In this document: positions 58,132 to 64,000 of the stretch, one piece after another
Layout: each line of letters begins with the position of its first letter
How positions within the stretch are numbered: position 1 is the first letter of the stretch
Source of the DNA: an uncultured virus (IMG/VR IMGVR_UViG_3300012001_000011)
Taxonomy: Duplodnaviria; Heunggongvirae; Uroviricota; Caudoviricetes
IMG/VR virus record: IMGVR_UViG_3300012001_000011
Strand: one strand, 5' to 3'
DNA length: 64,000 nt
The notes under the pieces: model-generated
The model's database searches: none
What the model was told of the DNA's origin: nothing
What the model saw: only the letters and a program-made list of their open reading frames with translations
Translations under genes and position numbers: made by a program

Positions 58132-58391
58132 GCTGCTACCCGAAACTCGTTGTGCCACTGGTGACGCTCAGCGCGGAACTCGCTGTTCTGCTGCCGCGCT
58201 TCCCGTGCCAGTTGCGCATCCACGCACTCAGCCATGGACAGCAGCGTGTTGACCGGGAAAATGTCGATCAGGTTGATTGCGCTGTCGGCAGCGGTTACGC
58301 GGGTGATCACGCACTCGTCAGCGTCACGGGTGCCGAGCAGGTTCAGCAGCACGCCGTCGTGGTTGTAGTGGCGGAGGGTGAAGGCGGTCAT
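58128..58391 (-). CDS. hypothetical protein
   Basis: Coupled at both ends. Confidence 0.6.
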   Translation of the reverse strand: MTAFTLRHYNHDGVLLNLLGTRDADECVITRVTAADSAINLIDIFPVNTLLSMAECVDAQLAREARQQNSEFRAERHQWHNEFRVAA

Positions 58392-58996
58392 GCTGGCACC
58401 AGCTCACATTTAGCGCATACGCGGCGCAGTTCTTTTTCTTGAGCATCCCCTGCGGCAGCCCGTGCGGCAGCCCATGCGGCACCCCGTGCGGCATCCCCTG
58501 CGGCAGCCCATGCGGCAGAAGATGCGGCACCCCGTGCGGCATCCCCTGCGGCAGCCCATGCGGCAGAAGATGCGGCAGCCCGTGCGGCAGCCCATGCGGC
58601 ATCCCATGCGGCAGCCCATGCGGCATCCCCTGCGGCAGCCCATGCGGCAGCCCGTGCGGCAGCCCGTGCGGCAGCCCATGCGGCATCCCGTTCTTGCTGG
58701 CTCGCCTCGCCGTTCGCAAAGCGCTCAGCAACATCCAGCGCATCCGTGCTTCGCTTATCGGTCATTAGGTGTTGAACCTGCCGTGCGCACCAGACTGCGA
58801 ACAGGCGGATTTCCTTGTCTCGGCCTTGCACAGCACGAAGGCACCACAGCGCATCATCCAAGCCATTGCTATCGAGAATTTGCACAATGCTGACCGGCTC
58901 GTCGTCAGCCTTTGTCTTGCACAGCGTGCGCAGTAGTTTTTCCCAGCCTGAGTGGCATGGCGAATGCTCGCGGATTTCGTTCAGGGTAGTTTTCAT
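58388..58996 (-). CDS. Imm5-like protein with AAWAAA repeats
   Basis: RLFAVWCARQV...ALDVAERFANG followed by Ala-rich repeats. Confidence 0.8.
   Translation of the reverse strand: MKTTLNEIREHSPCHSGWEKLLRTLCKTKADDEPVSIVQILDSNGLDDALWCLRAVQGRDKEIRLFAVWCARQVQHLMTDKRSTDALDVAERFANGEASQQERDAAWAAARAAARAAAWAAAGDAAWAAAWDAAWAAARAAASSAAWAAAGDAARGAASSAAWAAAGDAARGAAWAAARAAAGDAQEKELRRVCAKCELVPA
58445..58690. repeat. 12-bp coding tandem repeat (gcggcagcccRt variants)
   Basis: About 20 units seen directly. Confidence 0.9.
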
Positions 58997-59004
58997 GTCC
59001 GTCC

Positions 59005-59157
59005 TTATCGTGCGCACTCGGCGCTTTGTGCAAACCACCCAAGCTGCCGGCGAATCTCGGCAGGCGAGGGTGGCGGCGTCTTGACCTTCGGGGCCGTCCA
59101 GCGAGCCTGCGTAAAGGCCCTGAAGGCTTCTTTTGGCGGGTGGCTGAGGGTAGTCAT
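59005..59157 (-). CDS. small protein, paralog of 11997-12152
   Basis: MTTLSHPPKEAFRAF...TPPPSPAEIRRQLGW. Confidence 0.65.
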   Translation of the reverse strand: MTTLSHPPKEAFRAFTQARWTAPKVKTPPPSPAEIRRQLGWFAQSAECAR

Positions 59158-59870
59158 TTGGCGCTCGCATCGGCAGGAGAATATTTGCGGACCAAAAACA
59201 CTTGACCCGCGCCCGTCACCATCGCGGTAAATGTCGGATGCTTGGCGCCCTTGCTGTCAACAAACGGCTCCTGCTCGTTGACCGTGAAATATTCGCGGTC
59301 GATGTACTTCTGATACGGCAGGTTGCTTTGCATCAAAATGCCGTCGTCGCGCATCTTCTTGAAAAGCTTGTTGCGCCCGATGCCGATGGTCTTGGCAATT
59401 TTTTCGATGTGGCACACGCCGTCGATTGAGCGGATGGCTTCGGCGAAGGCAACCTTCGGCGCGTCAGCAGCAACCCGAGCGGTAAGCGCCAGCTTGGCCT
59501 CGAACTGCTCGGCCCATGCGCGGGCGGCGATGGCGGGGTTGGTGAAGTCGGGCAGGGTTACGGACGATCCGACCTCAAGCTCTGCCATGCGGTCGTAGAC
59601 TTTCGCCTGCACTGGATACGACTCAGACATCACCATCAGTGACGCCTCGCGCTTCGGCAGGCGATAGCATGGGTACGATTGGCCGTTCTGCGCATGAATG
59701 TAGGTGTCGGAAAATTTTCCGCTACCCTCACCAAGCACGCGAGCAACTTTTTTCATGAAGTCGGCATGTGCCATCTCTGGCTTGCCAGCATCCCGCATCG
59801 AATTGATGAGCGCGACCAACTCCAGGCTCGTCATCGTCGCAACGCCGACCATCAGGTCACGGGAACCCAT
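59154..59870 (-). CDS. ant: phage antirepressor (Rha/KilA-like N-terminus plus KilAC/ANT)
   Basis: MTSLEL...QSYPCYRLPKREA...PKVAF...GRNKLF...LPYQKY...VTGAGQ. Confidence 0.9.
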   Translation of the reverse strand: MGSRDLMVGVATMTSLELVALINSMRDAGKPEMAHADFMKKVARVLGEGSGKFSDTYIHAQNGQSYPCYRLPKREASLMVMSESYPVQAKVYDRMAELEVGSSVTLPDFTNPAIAARAWAEQFEAKLALTARVAADAPKVAFAEAIRSIDGVCHIEKIAKTIGIGRNKLFKKMRDDGILMQSNLPYQKYIDREYFTVNEQEPFVDSKGAKHPTFTAMVTGAGQVFLVRKYSPADASAK

Positions 59871-60046
59871 TACGCAACCACCTTCGCGCCAAACGAAAAA
59901 CTGGCAAATGCGGCTATAGGCGCAACCGGCGCGGCGAAATCGAAAGCTGGCACTGGCTCACCGGCTTGTTGCGCTGCTGCTGCGAGTGCTGCTAATTCGG
60001 CTGCTGACATGATTGGCTCCTGTGTGATTGGTGAGGCAATGAACAC

Positions 60047-60108
60047 AGTATCAGGCTAAACCTTAAAACATGCAAGGCCTAACCTGAAATATTTTTCAGG
60101 TTAAGCCT
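60047..60108 (-). promoter_or_regulatory. pL promoter with three OL-like operators (AGG-N5-CCT)
   Basis: Minus-strand TTGCAT-N17-GATACT; operators at 60053, 60075 and 60098. Confidence 0.75.
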
Positions 60109-60605
60109 AAATTTTCTGATACTATTCTTCTGTCGCTGGGATTTGGGGCGACCGCTGGCCTTGCACAAAGCAACAGGGGGTCAGGGAAAGGCAGAACTGC
60201 TACCTGGTAATGCGGGGGGGCGAAGTTTGAGATCTGCACGCGGAGGCGAAGAGAGAACCGCGAACTGAAAGTCTGTCGGATGGTGCCTCGCGTACGCGCT
60301 GTACGAGTCGAGCTAACGCCTGAAGGTGTAGAAGCCACGCGCTTGCGCTCGCACGTGTATTAGTTATGGTTACGGGGTTAGGGGCAAGAAAAAAGATAAC
60401 AATAAAAGAAGGAAAAATATACCTGCGAACGAAGTTCGCCAGCGTCGCGAAGCGATGCGGGGAAGCAACCGAAGGGCGCAGCGAAGCGAAGGCAGTACTT
60501 GTTCGGTGTATAGATAACAGTAGAGCCGCCACATAGGTTTAGAGCATGCTGTATCTAATACGCGAGGCGCGAGCCTGTGGATAACGTTGGATGCCCGACT
60601 TGGGC

Positions 60606-60630
60606 AAAGAAAAGCCCCGGCTGGCGGGGC
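60606..60630 (-). terminator. intrinsic terminator of the immunity operon
   Basis: gccccg/cggggc stem with a T run on the minus strand. Confidence 0.7.
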
Positions 60631-60833
60631 GTAGGGGATGATGATGATGGGAAATATTGAAGAGTTAGGTCCAGAATTCTCCAGCGAAGACTTTGTGAGG
60701 GCAATGTTCAACGTCGTCGTTGCCATGGTTCGCAAGTCTGGCGCTCAAGAATTCAGGATGAAGGTCGAGAACGGCCATGGAGATTTCGTGTGGGTAGATT
60801 CAAGCTTGTCGCCCGATCATGGCGTCCACTGGC

Positions 60834-61163
60834 TTACTGCGGCGGCGGCACCACTACCGATCGCTGCGACTCAGGAATCCGCGCATGAGCCTGTTTAGCG
60901 GCGGCTTTAGTGGCGTGGTAATTTGCCATATCAGTGCCAATTTGCCGAGCTGTCGGCCATTGCGCAGCATCAATCGACGGCGTGCTACTTGACAATGCAA
61001 GCTCGACCGGAAAGCCCGCATCAATGTTGGATACCATGGCTTTTCGCCAGTTGTTCAACACCTTGCTGGCGCGGTGGACTGTATCTGCATTCTGGTCGCA
61101 CTTGCGAATTGCGTCCTCGTGCGCCTTCAATGTGGCTTGATATTCTTCAATTTCGGATGCCAT
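60834..61163 (-). CDS. hypothetical protein (immunity-region moron)
   Basis: RBS; located within the cI operon. Confidence 0.6.
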   Translation of the reverse strand: MASEIEEYQATLKAHEDAIRKCDQNADTVHRASKVLNNWRKAMVSNIDAGFPVELALSSSTPSIDAAQWPTARQIGTDMANYHATKAAAKQAHARIPESQRSVVVPPPQ

Positions 61164-61314
61164 AGTTTCTCTTTCATAGTTGGTGGACGCGCCCGTAGCC
61201 GGGAAGCAGGCGGGCGCGCTTCATTGTAGCTAGAAAGATATTGTTATAGCGGGGAAGTTTAGAGCATTACCGCGAGGCTGCGGGCGCTGTAGGGCTGCCG
61301 TGGGCGTAGGTGTT

Positions 61315-61337
61315 AAAAAGCCCGCTCGGGGCGGGCT
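61315..61337 (-). terminator. intrinsic terminator
   Basis: agcccgc/gcgggct followed by T5 on the minus strand. Confidence 0.75.
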
Positions 61338-61343
61338 GGGATG

Positions 61344-62255
61344 CTACTCGGGGGCTGGCGCGAACAAAGTTGACTGATGCCCAATGTGATGCTCCAGCAC
61401 CTCAACAACATGGTATGTTGTCTCAATCCTCGCCCCGCGCTCATGCTGAATAATCTTCATCCTCACACGGATGCGGTCGCCTTTCCCAAATCTTGCGACG
61501 CCGCTGCCGATCTTCGCCAGAAAATCCTGGTCCTCCATGAATGCGTAAAATGTTTGGCCGTTATTGAGCTTCCACTTATTATCATCCTTGAAAGTAACGG
61601 ATTCGATCAGGCATACTTGCTCGATTACATTTGAATTCAGTTCGACTGAGCTTTCGTCGTACGAGAACCATTCAGACTCATCTTTGGTGACGACCGCCTC
61701 CGGCGTAGCGGTTCGGCCCGCTGCGAACACGTCGATTCCATCTTGCATCAGTGGGCGAATCACCTGGTGAAGCGATTTCCTGACCACCTTATCTTGCCAA
61801 AGTTTTCCCGTTTCCAGGTCGATAACTAGGCGCTCGATTATTTCATCCTGGACAATGGTGAGAACTGCATTATTGTTTTCATACTCAATCTTCGATGGCT
61901 TGCGCCCCTTCAAGCGCTTCAGCAATCCAATCAGACCGCTGCCGCCAACTAGGCCGAGAGCTGTAAGGACTGTCAACAGGTTTGCTGTAGCGGTCGGCCC
62001 TTGGCCGGCAAGCAGGGATGTGATTTGCTCATAGATCGTATGAACTGCTGAAAGATCGACCCCGAATGAGCCGCCCTTAAAAGTCCCTTTCACATTGACC
62101 TGCACGTCCGCCTTATCGCCATAAAGCGAGTGGCTGGCAGCCTTGATCATATCGGAGAGGGCAAGTAGCGCTGGCGCCAGCTCACGGACATCCATTTCGT
62201 GCGTCACGAGCGCCGGGCCGTCATACTTGATTGAGAATTTTGTTGATGTAGTCAT
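61344..62255 (-). CDS. conserved uncharacterised protein (immunity-region moron)
   Basis: 303 aa; YDGPAL..HEMDVRELAPALL...KGGSF...FGKGD; has its own terminator. Confidence 0.8.
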   Translation of the reverse strand: MTTSTKFSIKYDGPALVTHEMDVRELAPALLALSDMIKAASHSLYGDKADVQVNVKGTFKGGSFGVDLSAVHTIYEQITSLLAGQGPTATANLLTVLTALGLVGGSGLIGLLKRLKGRKPSKIEYENNNAVLTIVQDEIIERLVIDLETGKLWQDKVVRKSLHQVIRPLMQDGIDVFAAGRTATPEAVVTKDESEWFSYDESSVELNSNVIEQVCLIESVTFKDDNKWKLNNGQTFYAFMEDQDFLAKIGSGVARFGKGDRIRVRMKIIQHERGARIETTYHVVEVLEHHIGHQSTLFAPAPE

Positions 62256-62433
62256 GCGCCAATTTTACCAAGATACCGTGAAAATAAGCTGAATTTCTTG
62301 CAATTTAGATCCCGGCCGCACACCTCCCGCAGCCGCTCCCCGCGCCTACATGGGCGCCAGTTGTAAACTTTTTGATGTTGATGTACAGTACGCAAAGTGG
62401 TAGGCGGGCCGGCTCACACCGACCCGCTTCCCG

Positions 62434-62529
62434 CTAGGAGGAAAGCCAACTTATGAGCGCGTGCAAAATTGCCGCGAGTGCCCACAAGTTGATTTCCACC
62501 TTCACTACTTTGGTTGCAAACTTAAACAT
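62434..62529 (-). CDS. 31-aa hydrophobic peptide (type I toxin-like)
   Basis: MFKFATKVVKVEINLWALAAILHALISWLSS; AAGG RBS; downstream hairpin. Confidence 0.5.
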   Translation of the reverse strand: MFKFATKVVKVEINLWALAAILHALISWLSS

Positions 62530-62882
62530 GGCAAACGCCTTGTTGTCGTCGGCAGGCCTGCCAACTGGTTGAGGGTTGGCTGATTTTATAGTCCCTGTGC
62601 CAGGGACTAGGCATCATCGATCTGCAGACCGTTGATACCACCAAGCCGAGCGCAATCTATGGATTGCGTTTCGGTACTTGGTTGAGCTTGAATTGATTGA
62701 GGTAGCCCAGCATCGCGGCTTGCATTACCCGCCATCCAGCGGGACGGCTCGACGGTCGCAATGTTGGACCTCTTTCAATTCGCACCACAAGCGGGTTAGC
62801 TGCCCGCACACCGAGTGCTACCTCGGATTCTTGCCCCCCCGCGCCCACCTGGGCGGGGAGTATTTATTTCATGGCGTGCGTT

Positions 62883-63431
62883 TTACTGCTTGATGAATGT
62901 TGCGTTATCGATCAGCTTGCCCGACACGGGATCGAAAAACGAATTGATCTGGAATGCTCGTTTTGCGGGCGTACTCCCATCAAATTCCTGGAATGGGCCT
63001 GCAATATGCAGATTGCTCCCGCTGATATTGAACGAAGTGTAACTTGTGGTTTGTGAGATGAGGTCTAGCGCCGTCATTTGTGCGGTCGGGTCACTAGACT
63101 GAACGTTAATACCGCCTATCAAAAAAGTTCCGCTTACATTGTCTGTCATAACATACCCACCAGTGTTTCCGGTGAGGATGATGCAGCTTTCGAGTTTGTA
63201 GGCGTATGTGTTTGCGGCAAAGGTAACTGTCTGACGCGTGCCTGGCGCCCCTGATAAGCTAAGACCGCAGGCGCTCCCCGTCGGGTGGCTATCGCTGGCC
63301 GCAATCCAAGTCCCCTCGAGAACGGTTTTCGACGGTGCAGGGGCGGGTGCAACACTTCCTGAATCGCTGCTACCGCCTCCGCCACAGCCAACAAGTGCCG
63401 TCATGGACAGAGCAAGAATAATATTTTTCAT
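62883..63431 (-). CDS. lipoprotein
   Basis: MKNIILALSMTALVGC lipobox followed by a GGGGSS linker. Confidence 0.8.
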   Translation of the reverse strand: MKNIILALSMTALVGCGGGGSSDSGSVAPAPAPSKTVLEGTWIAASDSHPTGSACGLSLSGAPGTRQTVTFAANTYAYKLESCIILTGNTGGYVMTDNVSGTFLIGGINVQSSDPTAQMTALDLISQTTSYTSFNISGSNLHIAGPFQEFDGSTPAKRAFQINSFFDPVSGKLIDNATFIKQ

Positions 63432-63492
63432 TTTTGGTTTTCTTTGTTCGGCAAGAGCGTGCCGTGTCGCCCCGTTGATTATTTGGAATGGG

Positions 63493-63732
63493 CTACTGTT
63501 TGGCAGTGCACTTTGCCCCAGTTGTCGTATGGTAGTTGCAGATGTATTCCTTGCCCTTGCAGGTTGCCGTCCATGTATGCGTGCCGCCAATCCCGGCCGT
63601 CTCATTCGTTATGCTTATATCGTTTGGCGAGCAGCCGATTTGCCCCGATGTAAAGTCGCGCGATATTCTTGGGCTCGTGCAGCCTGAGAGGATGAGTGCA
63701 GTGGCGAACAGTGTAAAGCGAGCAATTTTCAT
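63493..63732 (-). CDS. small Cys-rich lipoprotein
   Basis: LILSGC lipobox plus four further Cys. Confidence 0.8.
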   Translation of the reverse strand: MKIARFTLFATALILSGCTSPRISRDFTSGQIGCSPNDISITNETAGIGGTHTWTATCKGKEYICNYHTTTGAKCTAKQ

Positions 63733-63773
63733 TGTGAGTCCAGTTCGGCATGAGGGCGTGCCGTTGCGCCTTT

Positions 63774-64000
63774 TTACAGCCCACCTGTGCCACTTCGATC
63801 CCGCACGCGACCGATGACTGTGATGTGCTCGTTGGCCAGATCGGTCGAAACCTCTTCGTCCTTATATGAAGGGTTCACGCTTCGCAGTATGACGGTCCCG
63901 TCTAGGCGGCGACTTAGGTACTTGACGCGCAACTCGTCGCCGTAGCGAATCGCGTAGAGCTTACCGTCAACGATGTTTGTTTCATCAGTGTTGACTAGGA
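63774..64000 (-). CDS. cI: CI-like repressor, C-terminal S24 peptidase domain (partial)
   Basis: LVNTDETNIVDGKLYAIRYGDELRVKYL...LRSVNPSY...VIGRV. Confidence 0.9.
   Translation of the reverse strand, partial: LVNTDETNIVDGKLYAIRYGDELRVKYLSRRLDGTVILRSVNPSYKDEEVSTDLANEHITVIGRVRDRSGTGGL

Noticed and set aside
58445..58690. Possible CRISPR array
   Set aside because: The repeats are tandem and in-frame with no unique spacers, and there are no cas genes in the window.
58324..58893. Cys/Gly- or Met/Arg-rich repeat ORFs in other frames (e.g. CGSPCG...)
   Set aside because: Shadow translations of the 12-bp repeat inside the Imm5-like gene.
60170..60230. Superficial likeness to ColE1 origin G-tracts
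   Set aside because: Only short G runs and no recognisable extended identity; kept only as a mechanistic analogy.
60638..60898. 86-aa + strand ORF
   Set aside because: It overlaps the convergent gene and has no recognisable motif; it may be real but cannot be supported.
62657..62873. Minus-strand ORF after the lipoprotein
   Set aside because: The in-frame ATG is followed by a stop at codon 3 (MK*), with no motif; at most a remnant.

Overview
The whole window is a nearly complete, circularly permuted temperate lambdoid siphovirus. No host chromosomal genes are visible and the integrase/attP region is intact and internal (~47.3-48.8 kb), so this looks like the excised or virion form. A betaproteobacterial host is my impression from the gene families and is not verified. 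Gene order: early-right/nin-like operon (ParB-like, frameshifted PAPS-reductase-like gene, nucleoside 2-deoxyribosyltransferase, SNF2 helicase, DNA methylase, replication module, Acb2 anti-CBASS, Q-like; 1-11.7 kb); late leader with tRNA-like RNAs and Rha (11.8-14 kb); packaging and head genes (14.2-21.5 kb); an extra block of appendage-like structural genes including an SGNH esterase, plus an HslV-like peptidase (21.5-27.3 kb); tail (27.3-43.5 kb); lysis (43.6-45.4 kb); metallophosphoesterase; int/xis; early-left operon on the minus strand (Lar-like mosaic protein, NinB, SSB, exonuclease, ERF, antirepressor; 48.8-60 kb); pL/OL; immunity-region morons; and the 3' end of the cI repressor. The best candidates for something new are a ~480-nt structured non-coding element next to OL, a type I toxin-antitoxin-like module, a self-regulated divergent RHH cassette, hairpin-delimited gene cassettes around acb2, a repeat-delimited modular Lar-like protein, and GGAY-tetraloop hairpins ahead of the head genes. 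All family assignments come from motif recognition; no database search was run.
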